Assembly: GCA_020137815.1 (NCBI GenBank)
Contig: CM035352.1
Coordinates: forward strand, 930,001 to 994,000
From: Hormiphora californensis
Lineage: Eukaryota; Animalia; Ctenophora
DNA: 64,000 nt
Direction of reading: 5' to 3'
The translations under genes were made by a program, and so were the position numbers. Positions 38,755 through 52,564 of this stretch are shown here, piece after piece. The notes below the pieces were generated by a model. That model made no database searches. It saw only the letters and a program-made list of their open reading frames with translations, and was not told the origin of the DNA. Numbering within the stretch: the first letter of the stretch is position 1; every line of letters starts with the position of its first letter.

Positions 38755-41234
38755 TTTTCCCTTTTCCCCCCCTTTTTTGGGTCTTTTCCCTTCCGTTTTT
38801 TTTCTAAAATTCGTCTTTTTTCTCTTCCCCCCCCCGGGGGGTTAAAGGTTCCCAAAATCTGCCCTTTTTTTTTTTCTCATCTGTTCTTTTTCAAAAAAAA
38901 GAGGGGGGTTTTTTTTTTGGGGCCCCTTTTGGGGTTTTTCCCAAAAGGTTTTGGGGAATTTTTAGGGGAGGTGGGGTGCCGGGGGGTTTTTTTTCCCGGG
39001 GCCCGGGGGGGGTAGTTGGGAATCATTGATACCTGCTTCTCTCTCGACCACCCCCTATCTTCGGGCGGGTTTCTTTTTCTAAACCGTCGGTTTTCCCCTC
39101 CTCCCTCTCTCTCTTCTCCTTTTTTTTTTCCCCTTTCCCCCTTCTCTCCTCCTCTCCCCCTTTTCCCCTCTCCTACTCCCTTTTTTCCTTTTTTCCCCAT
39201 TCCCCCTTTTCTCTCCTCCCCTTTTCTCTTCTTCCTTCTCCTCCCCCCCCCCTTTCCCCTCCCCCGGGCCCAAGGGGGGGGGGAATTTTTTTTGGGTTTT
39301 TCCCCTTTTTTTGGTTTAAAGCCCCCCCCCCTTTCGGCCCTTTAAGGGAATTAGCTGGGTATATCAATCGAGCGGTATTTTTAGTCGGAGAAGATTCTGG
39401 GCCAGGCAATTTGGCAGTGAAATCATTATTTGGTGGCTGAATTTTAAAGAACTCTTGGGGTCGAATGTTCGGAGAACTCCCTTTCTCAGCCCCCCCCCCT
39501 CACTCCGTAGGAGGCCTCCTACCACAATTACAAGTCGACGGAGGGATGAAATCTTATTTAAGTGTTTCTGGCCTAATTTAACTAAAACATTAGATCACCG
39601 GCCCAACTGCTGCACTTGCGGCAGGTCTCACGTAACAATTCACGTGAATCATATTGGTATAGAGTTTCGTTAGAACACAGGATCTGGATCGGGTCCAGCT
39701 GCACAGAGCATGATGTCATTGTACATGGGATTGTAGTAGGAGTTGGCATGTCGCCAATGGGTTTTCCTTTCATAGTAACAACTCGATACAACTCGATACA
39801 GGTAGTGACCTAACCGTCCCTATTCATTTCAGGATATCTCTGACTTTAGTAAGAGGGATCTATTGGACCAAGTGAGGAACCTGAAACGAGAGAAGACGGA
39901 ACTGGAGGGAACTCTGAGACAGGTTAGTGCGATCTAACATTGTTTAGTCTGGCACCCCCTTTGGTGATGTTATAGTACATAATAGTATAGAACTAGAAAT
40001 GTACATTAAAAGAGACTCGAGGCTCATGACCCGAAATTTGATAACGTGTTGACACCCCTCGGATACCCAACACTCTGTGTGTGTGCCAGTCCTGCCACCG
40101 TGTTAACAGAGAGGGGGTTCAGTGGAGAGAGTGTGTGAGAGATTTCTAAAATTCCAATTGACCTTGAACGCTAGAATAGCTTCGGATATATTCATGTGTT
40201 GATAGGCATATATCGCTGAATTCAGGTCTGACTTGCTCTGCGGAAGCAGACCCTTTGCACCAAAGTTTGCTATACAAAGACAAGCCAAATTCCATAATAG
40301 TAGGTAAATGAATTTCCCTTCGTGTTCATGAATGTGGTGTTCATCTTCCTTCCTGGGGTTGGGGAAACTTACAGGCATGTAGGGGAAGTTTTGAAAGTGG
40401 TGGGGCCAAATTTTTTTGGTCACGTGATATGACATACACTGACCTTGCTATTGAAAATTTGAATAGACCGGGCGAAGCGACAGCGGAGCCCGAGAAAATT
40501 TTTCGGTTTTTAAACCAAAAAGTCATATTTTTTGTTTAATCATGAAAAGTACTGGGGCCATTTCCTGAAAAGTACTGGGGCCATGGCGTACCCTGCCCCC
40601 CCTTCCCCTACATGCGTGGAAACTTACTATATAGGGACTATCACGTCATGGTGTTCACGTGTCTCACAAGTTCTATTTTTCAGATCAGGATGGATTCTGC
40701 GAATGAAAAGAGAAAACAGGATAGGGTTATTAAGGATCTGATGGCACAAATCAGAGGTTTCCATATGCCTCAAAAACCAACCGACGTATCAGGTGAGAGA
40801 TATCCTTCAAACTTTTGGGACCAACATCTAGTTAGAAATCTCATAATGAAAGTGTGGTTTTGGTAAAGCTAGGGATCCTATTTGGGTAATATCGGTGAAT
40901 GTGGACTCTCTGGCACATCTTGCATATATTGACATTCCATGTATAATGTATTGAATCCCTGCAGGTCCCCAAGAGACGATGGCTCTGATAACAGATTTAA
41001 AACACCAACTGGAACAAATGACTAGCCAGAACAAATCTCAGACTAAACTTATTGAGAGGTAAATCCCAATAAGTTTACCATTCATATTGGCACCCAGATA
41101 TCTCCCAAAGCCCATCTAACCCACCCCCCTCTCCCAACAGACTGGTCTCAGAGAGGAACCACCACCTTCTAGAGATGGCCCGGTTGAAGGGTAACCTGGA
41201 GGAGAGCACTCAGCTCCGCGGGGAGGTGTCATGA
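35136..41234 (+). CDS. Uncharacterised multi-exon protein: Ser/Lys-rich disordered region followed by coiled-coil exons; 5' end uncertain
   Basis: Spliceable exons such as EEMEALMLQQEELNQRLEQERLEKEQLEK (36165-36258), EKVEQQKKEEE... (37174-37335), 39833-39922, 40684-40792, 40965-41058 and 41141-41234; several frameshift errors. Confidence 0.6.
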
Positions 41235-42738
41235 GGGAACACACGTGTCATATAATACACATGTTCTAAGGATGATACTAAAGACTGAATACAGCATCAT
41301 GTGATCTTGATGATGTTTTTAAGCAGAGAAAATGTAAAAAGATAATTTTGAGGGACGGACACAAAATGTTGGTGATGACATCCCCTAGTGTAGGGGACAG
41401 GGGTGGCTGCGTCACCAATACAAAATGGTGTATGTGTCTGTGTAAACAAATGACAATATTTGTAAGTGTGTTATTCAATGGTCCCAGATATTCCTATGTC
41501 ATACAGGTACATTGGTTGTTAGACCGTTCGATCCGTTTTTTATCGCGAAGACAGTGTGAACAGTAGTTATGATATTGATGGGGTCCAATGAACGGTCCAA
41601 GGTGAAATTATTGTATAAAATGATGGGTGAAAGAGGGTTGTGATTATAATATAATGCTCTGACAATATACTGACAACTAAATGTCTAGAGAGGATCAGCT
41701 GTGAGAATTGGTTTCAGCTACTGTGAGTTGATCTGAGAACTACATTTTTACGAAGACTTTTATTTTTCTATGCCCTTTGTACAAAAGTCTGTTTCCTATT
41801 TTCTTGCCTCCTCGTGAACCCACGCTGTTTTTATTTGGTTCCCCTAAAGAAGTTAACCACATCGGTACAATGTTAAATGTATAACAACAACCACTGGCAT
41901 TACCCAACCTGTAACTCAACAAGATGGGAGAGAATCATGGAGAACTCGGTTATTTGGTGAGCTATATTGAATGACCCTTCTCGATTGTGGGTAAAGGAGG
42001 GTTGGGTACTTGTTGAGTAACTCAACAAATACAAACTAGACAATTCTAGAAGGAGATGCTCAAACTGCCTAAATCCCACGATCGTTGTAGTTACAGCAAG
42101 CCGTGGTAAACAGTGATAATCTCTCTCAGAGCAACATGAACTGGGGACTGAAAAACAAACGGATTTTTTGGAAATCGTGTTAAATAACAAATAATTAGCG
42201 TCCCTTAATTCGAATGAGATCAATTAGCTCTAATTCTCTCGTCACAACTACCCTCGGTCTTCTCTCACACTGTCCTGGTCTCCGGGACCACCTCCCTGAC
42301 AATCACCCATCAATCACACTTCGCTATAAATCACATAGGTAGAAGAAGCGTGTATATTTACAGATTAATTAATAGTTGTTGATTACGATTGTTAATTATT
42401 TTGAGTTGGTAGATTTGCACATAATGGCACCGATCTCATCACACCATGTGCTCCAAACCTCTCACTCACACTCTCTGTTAAATAGTCACACATGTAATTC
42501 CTGTCTGAATACGTGAGTTGTATAAATCGTCAAAAAAGTATCAAATAGTGTTTATTATTATTGATAGATCTACTTAGAAGAGAAAAGAAATCAGCGATTG
42601 TAGAATCAAGCTAAATTTGAAGGAGCCCCAGGCCCTGCATGACTGGAGAAGAGTGTTATTGGTGGTATCACTCCAACTTCATGCTCACTTCCAGAAAATA
42701 AATTAAAGTGTCATCCCTCTCTCTCTCAGTCCAATGCT

Positions 42739-43716
42739 TCACCTGACATTGCACTCTTTATGTAGCACATTATTCCCAGCTGATCTAGACCTCCTGGTTG
42801 CTGTGGCAACGTTGTACCCCTGGCATCTCTGAATATGCTCCTTTAGCTTGTCCACGTCATCAAAGCTGCTGTTACACTTCAAACAACTACAAATGGCCAG
42901 GACATTCTTCCCCAGGACCATCTCAGAGCGGCATTTTGAGCGCGGTGGAGGTGCTGAGGTTCGTGGTGTTGGTTGGGTGGGCTGGGTTTTCAGGGGTACC
43001 GGAGCGAGGGTGGGCGTGGGACGGTTCCGGAATGATCTAGCTGCAGGGGGTGCTTTCCTTGTGTTCCCTCCAGAGGATATCTTTGCTTGCTGGTGTTCGT
43101 ATAACCGGGGATCTTTGAGCTGGTATCGGATCTCGCTCGTCCCAGAGGCGGAGACGGCCGTTACTACCGGTTTAGTCTCGTCAGTCGGTGAGGGGGTTGT
43201 GGTGACGACTCCAGAGTGTCTGGCCATGTGTCGAGTGAGGGACCCCTTGAACATAAACCCCTTGGAGCACACAGCACACATGTAGTAATAGTTCTCCTTG
43301 GTGTTCTTCTCCTTCTGTTCCGCGGACAGGAGAGGCAGGGAAGGGGGACTACGGCTAGCAGGTTTCTGTTTAAGAACTGCCAATGGTGTCGCACTGGCAA
43401 GAGGAGGTGGGACGTCAAGAAGGGGAGGTTTCACAAGGGGGAAGTACCGTGTCACAGCGGCATCGAGTTGATCTACAGGGGATGTTGTAGCTGTTTTACC
43501 GGGCGATAGAGTGGTGCTAGTATCAGGGGCAGGTTGGTGAGTGAAGCACTCCATAAGAGAGAGCTCCTGAGAGGGGTGACACTCCATCGTCTCGACCAGC
43601 TCCTCTTCAATCTGTTGGTGCTCCATGGGTTTCTCATAGTGAAATGTTATCTTGGGTTTCCGGGTCTTGGTGGCGTTTAGTGTAGCGTGAGCTGCAATAC
43701 TTGCACTAGAACCCAT
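42739..43716 (-). CDS. Zinc-finger protein (one C2H2 and one C2HC-type finger), single ORF, N-terminal MGSSAS
   Basis: YMCAVCSKGFMFKGSLTRHMARH and CLKCNSSFDDVDKLKEHIQRC; ATG preceded by cccttccctctag. Confidence 0.8.
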   Translation of the reverse strand: MGSSASIAAHATLNATKTRKPKITFHYEKPMEHQQIEEELVETMECHPSQELSLMECFTHQPAPDTSTTLSPGKTATTSPVDQLDAAVTRYFPLVKPPLLDVPPPLASATPLAVLKQKPASRSPPSLPLLSAEQKEKNTKENYYYMCAVCSKGFMFKGSLTRHMARHSGVVTTTPSPTDETKPVVTAVSASGTSEIRYQLKDPRLYEHQQAKISSGGNTRKAPPAARSFRNRPTPTLAPVPLKTQPTQPTPRTSAPPPRSKCRSEMVLGKNVLAICSCLKCNSSFDDVDKLKEHIQRCQGYNVATATRRSRSAGNNVLHKECNVR

Positions 43717-46171
43717 CGTATAGCTAGAGGGAAGGGGGACTGTTAGGTAAAACACATCATTGGAAGTAGAGCATGTATTTTAACAGAACCGGGCGGTAGG
43801 CCCAGAGGAAAAGATAGTTGACATATGATACTAAAATCACCCACTAGATAGATCTTTAGCCCCCCTATCGGGGAAGAAAACAACAGGCGACGCGTCACTA
43901 GTAACTGAGAGAACTAAGGAGAATCATGGTCATCAGTGAAAACCTGAGAGGGCCAACTTGGAAAACAGAAACGGGTAGTCAGGAAGTCTAGAGTATTGAA
44001 TTGGAGAAGAGAGAGAGTGACATAAGATACAACATTTTAAGACGAGATCGCTCAGGGACTTAGATTGACACAGGTGCATATAATAGTTAGGAGTGAGAGA
44101 GAGAGAGAAAGATGGAGAGGGGGTAGAGAGAGAGAGAGGGGGTGAGAGAGAGGGGGAGAGATAGAGAAGAGACGGCCTGGGAAGCAGTTGGTGCTACAGT
44201 GAAACTCTATCAGGGTTTACCAACCCACCGGGTGACCACTCCCCTACAAGGTTGTTACCACATAATCAACTAAACCATCGAAAAAAGGGGGTCCTTTTCC
44301 CCCCCTTTTTTCCCCCCCCTTCCTCTTCTCCCTTCTTTTTTTAAACAACTCCAATCCTCCGGTCTAACTTGGTGAAGAAGGGAGAGAGATAGTTAGAGGT
44401 TATAGAGGATGGAGAGGGGGAAAGGGAGGGGAAGGGGGAGAGGGGGGGAAGGGCGGAGGAGAGGGGAGAAGAGAGAGAGAGGGGAGAGAAGAGAGAGAAA
44501 AAGGGAGGAGAGAGGAGAAGGAAAGGGGGGGGGAAGGGGAGAAGAGAGAGGGGGGGGGTGGAGAGTGAGCCGGTCCCTTGAGGGCTTAACCCGGGGTTAA
44601 GTGATTACCACGGCCCTACTCCCTCCCATTAGGTGTCCCCACTATGTGCAGTGGCCCCCAAAATACCCCCCAGTGGGCCTTTTGAAGGGGGGGTGGAGTG
44701 TGTGAGTGATGGAGAGAGAGAGGGAGGGAGAAAAGTGGAGGGGACCCGAATTTTGGTAGGTTCCCCCCGATTATAATCAGAGTGTGACTTGCACCCAGAT
44801 GGAGGGCTCCCATTTTCCCCTTTTTGAAAGTTGGGTAGGCTTTTGTTTATTGTGAAAACCCTTTTTATTTCAAAACCCCCCCCTTTCTCTCTTTCTCTAG
44901 TTACTACATACTTCATCACGGTCTTCTCGGACACGGGGGCCCAGAGCAAAAGGGTCTTATAAGCAAATGTGTGATTTGAGTTTGGTACTGGTTTTTTTCT
45001 AAATTGCATGATTCTCTGCTTGGTTTTTTACCAAGTAGCTCTCACACGTATATATGCGAGGGGGGAGAAAAATCAATACTTTTTCCGCCCAATGCTTACC
45101 GGATGATCTTTCCAGTTGATGTAGTTTTTTACCCCCCAAAAAAGTCCGTTCATGGTTAGAATAAGATATAATTAGTGAATTTAAGCCCTTTTTGCCGTTG
45201 GTTGTTTTTGTTTTGAGTTCCTGGAGAAAACAAAACTAGTAGATGAAAAAAAATAGCGGATGTGCCGAGATAGGGCTCTAGTTTACCGTGCTTATTTTTC
45301 CCCCCCTCTCTCTCTTTCCCCCTCTCTTTTCTCTCCTCTTCTCACCTCTCACTTCCTTCTCCCCTCTCTCTCTTCCCCTTTTATCAAAAAGTAAGTATCT
45401 CTCTCTCTCTTTCTCTCTCACTTCTCACTTTATCTCTCGCCCTTCATCTCGAGACGGTGTCAAATTTGCCGTTGAGCTCCTTCATCTGTCAGCGAGAGAG
45501 GGGGTCGAGATGACGAGAGAGTGTCGAGTGAAATATAAATCAGAGATAGCTAGCGAAGGGCGATTTAGATATATCAGAGCCCAATTTCTACTCAACGCTA
45601 TCTGTCGTCTCTTTAGGGAGATATTATCATATCGACAGAGGGAGAGAGAGAGGAGAGTGAGGGAGGGAGGGAGAGAAAGAGAAATCTCATTGAGCCTATT
45701 CGCTATTGCGAAACGTTTAGCTTCTCTCTCTCTCGGTCATCATTCTTGTCCTTTCGCAGCAAAACAAAGTATATGAGCAGAAGGTATATGAACAGTTCAT
45801 AGCAAAGCTAATGGTTATATAGCTACCAACTGCTTCTCGAACCATTGCATCTAATTTGTAATTTACATCTAGTTTGCATTTCATTGAAGTTGCTGAAGTA
45901 TCAAGTGATACCTATCACTGCAATACCCAGTGTGCGTGCCCTGCGAGTGTTTGATGAAGTAAGGGTTCTAGAGGTATCACATTACCTCTCGGCCATGATG
46001 AAGTCTTTGTAATAAAACCTCACCCTTTCTTCAGTTCTATGTAATCTCCTATCCTACCCTCCCCCTCACTTTACCTCCCTGTCTTCATATTACATCTTCT
46101 CTCTATTGATATGTTATGTATCTCTCTTCCAATTCTCCCCCGGCTCCTATCAGCTCATTTTATCTATTCCA

Positions 46172-46245
<74 letters not shown>

Positions 46246-47406
46246 CCATCTCTCTGTCCCTCATTTCCCTCGTGTGTTCTGTATGAGATGCACTCTGTGG
46301 ACTGTGTGTGAAAGAGAGATGCACTCTGTTGTATATAGCTCTGAGCGCTGATGAACTATTCGCCCACCACCACCCAATTTCTGCGATTGGACCTCCATCT
46401 CACACCCCCTCACTTTGCCCTTTTTGGGCGACCGCAAATCATTTACCAGCTGCTGATGCTCCCAATAATTTGCTCAAAGTGGTCCCCCAGTTATTTAATA
46501 ATGATATTTCTCGTTCCCATTGATCCAGAGTCTACTCCGCCATCTAGCAGACTGATGTTAGGTTCTAACCGTCCCTTTACATTTGGGCGCCCGAAACACA
46601 GTCTAGCTAGGCAAGTAGTCTGATCAATATAATATGACTCTGTCTGATCACAACCCAGTTATCCAGTTGTCTAATCAGATGACAGCACTGCCCCGCTAGT
46701 CTGCTGGGGTTCTCACGGTCTAGTACCCGATCAGGTCATGGTTCCCATGTGTCTGAGTAGTGCACGTGTGATTGGATAACAAGGGCCCTTCCGCAACTAG
46801 TGCTCCCACGCTCCCTCCGTTACAAGCACAACATGATCCCCCCTGATTGGTTTGTGCCCTAAACACAGGTCCCACACGTGCAAGCTTGATATATTGTGTG
46901 TCTGGTCAGGAGAGAGAGAGAGCATGACGGGACTAATTGGGTAACACACTGTCCTGGTTTAATTCCCACCGTCTAATTGACATGTGACACGAATCTTGAC
47001 AAGCTGGAGGGTGGATTGATTGGGTGGGGGTACAAATACTGCGGAACATCAGTAGTGAGTTACCAATTAGTTTTGTGTTACAGTGTGAACTGCGGGGTGA
47101 CCTTCCCCCTTTCCCCTATGATTGACCTGTCAGTTTAGATTTGACAGTGACAGTTTAGTTTAAAGCCGCTGTTGCAATCTGTCATTTATCCCTTTCTTGC
47201 TCATTCAGATTTGTGTTTCTTGCTCTTAGTGCATAATTCCATTCCAAATGCAACTATTGAAATTGTTTAGATTCTTTAGTTTGGGTTTTGTACCAGATAA
47301 AATGTGACTTGTAAATACCGACAACTTCTTATCGTAACCATTCTGCTTTAGTGTAGCACAACTCTGACCCAAACTTCCCTCTCCTAGCTAGCTAAACACG
47401 AACACC

Positions 47407-49542
47407 ATGAATACTGAAACCCAGAAGACTCAGCAGTGTACAAGGTTAGGAAGGTACAGTCTCTCTCACCAAGGCTCATTCCAAGGACGACACATCTGTT
47501 TTGCGAGGGACGATCAAAACAAAACATACACATGTAAACGTCGAACTGGTGAGTTAGATTCTGCCCCCCCCCCCCCCGTTTGTCCAGCCCTTTTTCTCTC
47601 TAGAATTAACGTCCCAACCCCTCCTTCTTCTCCCAACTTCTCCATCATGTTCCCGACAACTAACACCAACTTCTCTCTCCAGGCGCTGAACTGAACCATG
47701 TACGGCGTGTCCTGGTCCAACTGGGAAGTGCAACTAGAGTCCTACCAGTCCTGAACACGGTGAACACTGGATCAGTCCTGACTGACAGCTACACATTCCA
47801 AGTATGTCTTAGTTCTCTATTAGTTCTCTATTAGTTCTCTCTTAGTTCTCTCTTAGTTCTCTCTATGTTCTCTCTTAGTTCTCTCTTAGTTCTCTATTAG
47901 TTCTCTCTTAGTTCTCTCTTAGTTCTCTCTTAGTTCTCTCTTAGAACTTTATTCTAGACTAGTTGTGCTTCCCTCTTGTTAGTTTAATTGAAGGAACATT
48001 TCCGTAGTCTACCTCTAGTTAGCTGCATTCTTCGCATACAACATTCCAACATTCCATAATGACACAACCATATTCCTGCAGGATCTCTAGCTGACGTTGT
48101 AGCAAGGAAGGGCCCTGTTGCCGAGATGGTAGCGGCACGAGTTATGAAACAAGTCCTAGAGTGTCTAGCTGAGCTACATAGGAAGGGAGTGATAGTGCAG
48201 GATTTGGAGTTGGATCACTTTGTCGTCACCACGGGCAGGTAAATATAGAAGTCTGTGTGTGTCTCACAATATAGATCTCTACAGGATCATCACCATCATC
48301 ATGGTCATTGTGTTTACACGCGCCCACATTCCTGCTCCCCTCTCTCTCTCTCACCCTCACATGCGTGCGATTAGGAAGCACCAAAAGCTTGCCATAATAT
48401 GAGTTTTGTGAAGCATTTTGGAAGAGACTTGCTACCCCCTTCTCACCCCCCGTCCCCAATATTTAAATATCTATCGTGCACAAATTTCTCCCTTATATGT
48501 GAGATCATTCAAGCTCCATGACTATTATATAATCCCCCTCTTTTTACAGTATCTGAGTATTCTTCACATTGTCTATAATGACCGAGATGAGCTATCAATC
48601 TAACTGACCAAGATGATCAATATCAATCTAACTGAAATCTCTCCCTACAGCGATAAGATTTACCTTCATGACGTAGTTGATTGTGACATCTTCGATCCTG
48701 AGGCTGATCACGATGCTCCCATCAACCCCTTTACAGCGCCTGAGGTAAATACTGAGTTAATTGATAGGTAAATGTAGATGTGGTAACTGAAAATAAGGGA
48801 GATTCTCTCCTACATGTATGATTAGGATTTAAAGACATCACTTTCTCTCTCTGTGTGTGCTAAATGACACACCACCCCAATTAAATAGGTCGACTAATGA
48901 CAGCAATTACCTCGCAGGTCATGATGACATCCCAACACACACCCCAGAGCAACATATGGAGTGCAGGTGTCATGCTATACGTTCTTCTCTCACAACATTG
49001 GCCCTTCTTTGGAAACAATCAGGAGGAGCTGATTCAGTCGATATTCTCTGGACAGTACTTCATACATCCTTGTGTAAGTTTAGAAGGGTTAATTGGAGTA
49101 ATTGGTTACCAATTTAGGGACCCCCGGAAGGGTGGATAAACGGAGCAGTTTAGCTAAATGGGGGATGGGGCTAATTGGGGATCAATCAAATCATCTAATT
49201 AGAGGGTAGAGGCTAACAAGAAACAGCTAATTGGAAATGTAAATTGGGTTAATTAGATTCAATATTATAACACACACACTTGAAACTAACACCCTCCTCT
49301 TTTTGCAGTGGTCCTACGAGCTGAAGCACCTTCTACACTGTATGTTATCCCTTCAACCTAACAAGAGACTGACAGCTGAGCAACTGATCAAACACCCCTG
49401 GTTCAGTATGTGCACTGCCATGGAAACACGACAGAAGCAGCAACAAGCTCAAATACCAACAGTGCCATCATCAGAGGCATCATCATCTCCCGCCAGCACC
49501 ACAAGTGCAGGGTCCTCTGATGATCACCCGGACAATAAGTGA
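47407..49542 (+). CDS. Tribbles-like (CAMK group) pseudokinase, about 6 exons
   Basis: LGRY...TYTCK; LHRKGVIVQDLELDHFVV (no HRD); no DFG (IYLHDVVD); FTAPE; SNIWSAGVMLYVLLSQHWPF; CMLSLQPNKRLTAEQLIKHPWF. Confidence 0.7.
47809..47944. repeat. 11-bp tandem repeat TTAGTTCTCT(C/A), about 12 copies, intronic
   Basis: Seen directly in the sequence. Confidence 0.9.
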
Positions 49543-50258
49543 AGAGAGTGAGATGGTCAGAGTTAGGTAAAATTGATGCTATTCGCGATGCTGGACTTAA
49601 ATCTATAGAGTTCTGATAGATCATAGAGCGATTTAATTGCAGAGCGAGATAGAAAAGTTGTTTTAAGACTTGATTTGATTTCATTGTTTTTTTAAATAAT
49701 TTATTGGACGCAATCCGTTAAGATATGTGTAGGTAGGTTCTATTACCCAATCTGATATGAGAGAGAACATATATGTTCGACTTATATTAATGTTCCTCTC
49801 TTTCTAGATGTTCTATATGATTGCTACCCTCATTAGTTGTTACTCAACATTAGATGACTTTGCTGAGAACATTACAAAATTCTGTGTTTATAACTTTGTT
49901 ATTCGGGGACCATAGAAAGATATAATGACCTTGAGGCCACTATGTGATTACGTGTTGGTAATTGGTTGAGCTGTGTGTGGATTTCAAGAGACGGGTTCTC
50001 GCTTCAAGATGTGTGTGGGTGCGTGGGAGTTAGTCTCATGGGGGGGGGGGGGGGGTAGTCTAATGGTCTCATCCAATACAATAGCTCACACCCACACATT
50101 CATATTTCATCATTCATGGTATTGCAATACCATTACCAGGAACAGTATATTGTTTCTGGCCACACGAGACAGTGTAGTCTATAACAAGTCAAATAGTCTA
50201 CTGATCTACTGAACAATCTGCACAGTCTTTAAGTTAACGACTTGTTAACGTAGCAGAT

Positions 50259-52564
50259 CTACCGAACAACAGAGAATGTGCTCTGAACCCGTTCCACTGA
50301 CTTCTCCCCTCCTTCTGTCATGTCATAGTTAGGATCTTTCAGTATATGTTCCATATACACACTCTCAACCATGAGCTCCTGTATTGAGTTCCCACCCTTA
50401 CCTCTCACTATTTCCCTCATCTTCCTCTTCTTGACAGCCATCACAATGTCATGTGTCAGCCAGTTCACGATGGTACTGACAAGGTTCAGAACGGTAGCCC
50501 CCACCGCAAATGAAATGAAGAACATCATCCAGGGGAAGTTAGAGAGGGCCAGGTCACCCAAGTGCCGCACACTCACGTCAGTATCGTTGCCACTTTTGTA
50601 CCATACTATAGAGTACACCTGGTAGACATGACCCCTCTCGAGGAAGCCGTTTAGAAATCCACCATACTTCAACCCGTCCCCTAGAGATACTTTCCGAGGG
50701 AGGGGTTCTAAGCGGGTAACAGAGAAAGAGGCGGTTATGTAGGGTCCCTGTAGGTGGTTAGTCTGGTAGGACTGATCGAATCGGGCTGCATGGTAAATAG
50801 CTGAGAGATCTAAGTCAGGGTGATCTGTATCAATCATTAACACCGTTCGTAAGATCCTGATATCTCTCCGGACGGTGTTCTTGAAATACACATCACTCCC
50901 CTCAAGGCTCACTGTACTGCTTTGAAAGAACCACCTTGCAAAGTCATACTTCCCATGGTTCTTTTTGTCATACTGAAAGAAGGGTGAAGTGTAGAGCAGT
51001 GTCTCGGAAGCAACACGGCTATATCCCACTGAGTTCACTGCTCTAACAGTGATCTTGTAGGAGGTGTTGCTCCTCAGGGGCAACAGATCCCATCTATCTA
51101 CTGTCACCTCCTTCTCTGTGGTCCCATCTTCCTGCTGGAACTCAATTAGGAACTCTGAAGCGGGGATACCGTCACTCCCAGAGTACTGCCAGGTGAGGTT
51201 GAACATGTGGTTGGGTAGGTGGGTGATTTGGAGGTGTGTTGGAGGGGACAGGAGGGAGTAACCAGGTGTATGAACCTCTGTGTACTGTCTAAATGTTGAA
51301 AACCGTTCTGTCACCTCCGAAGCAGAGTCATCATCGTGTCTGTATTGGGGATGCTGGCTACCAATGCTCTCCAAGAGATAGGTGCTGTTAGGTTCTACCT
51401 TCCACTTCAGGACCGCCTTACCATTCCTCATTTCGGCTGCTTTCCTTACCGGCACACCCTGGCGTGCCCCTAGACGGTTCTTTTTCCCTCCAACGTTCAC
51501 CCACAATTTGAATAGAGCCGCATGAAGATATTTCCAGAGGTCCCCGTCGAAGTTGGAGAAGAACACTGCCTCCAGCTCTCCCTCCTTGAAGTCAACCTCT
51601 ATGTTGTACATGGCGGTGTACCGAGCGAAGAAGGCAACATCTTCCTTCTCCTTGATAGAACAGTACTCCCCAGTCCACAATCCACCCCAACCAAATATAC
51701 CATGTCTGTCACACTCACACATCTGACCATAATCAGTCCGAATACACTTCTTAGCTTCGTGACAAAACCCCTTTAAACACGGTTCCTTGTAGTCCTTTAC
51801 ACACTTATCTGATTTGGGCCATCCATCGGGTTGCTTTTCTCTTTTGTTGAAATGGCGATGGGCAGAGTAGAACTGGCACACACGCCTCTTTTTGCAGGTA
51901 CCATTGTCAATTTTCACTTTTCGACATTGTTCCAAAATAAGATGATCGTTGTTTTCACCGGGATCAGTCAGAATTTGCTGCTGAACTGAAGGCTGATACT
52001 CACGCATTGCTTGGATCGTATGGTACATTATTTCCAGGGAGTAACAGTCGTCCTTGTGGCCGACAGTCCTCTCGTAATTACGTTTCATTCCGAGGTGGTT
52101 TATAATAATGACACGAAACCTGCAGAGAAAGATCTTGGCTAGTATGTAACAGTGTGTAATTTGTAGACAATTACTAATTGTCTACAAAGTACACACAACT
52201 GTCAACTGATCAAAGACAAAATAATTTATGAACGCTTACCACACTCTTTTGTCGCTGTTGTGAAACTCGATTATGAAGCGTCTCTTGTCATTTTCGCAGA
52301 TGTGCTCCTCGCGATATAACCGACAATATTCCCCTTCAATTTTAGTTACCAGAGAGACTTGGTAGGGGTAAAACTCGGCCGAGGGAGTCCTATCGTAGAC
52401 CACAATCTCACCTGAGAGGGAGAGAAAATTGTCATGATGAGAATTCGAATTATTGGAGCTGAAACAACAACTGGATACCAATAAATGTAGGACAACTGTC
52501 ACGCCTACTCACCCGATAGTGTTAAGGTGAAGAGGGCTGCCAGGTAAAGGTTGAAACTTGCCAT
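50259..52564 (-). CDS. Single-pass membrane protein: signal peptide, EGF-like, FN3, RPTP-type juxtamembrane domain, TM, short tail (3 exons)
   Basis: MASFNLYLAALFTLTLS|; Cys-rich CECD...WTGEYC; FN3 PPTHLQIT...LTW...YKITVRAVNSVGYS; PYITASF...LGDGLKYGGFLNGFLERGHVYQV; TM WMMFFISFAVGATVLNLVSTIV. Confidence 0.8.

Noticed and set aside
38400-39345. Gly/Pro/Phe/Lys-rich ORFs in homopolymer-dense sequence
   Set aside because: Runs of G, C, T and A typical of low-quality read or gap-fill sequence; no coding signal.
44280-45330. Purine-rich, homopolymer-rich tract with short ORFs
   Set aside because: Looks like degraded sequence, partly mirroring ~44050-44280; not interpretable.
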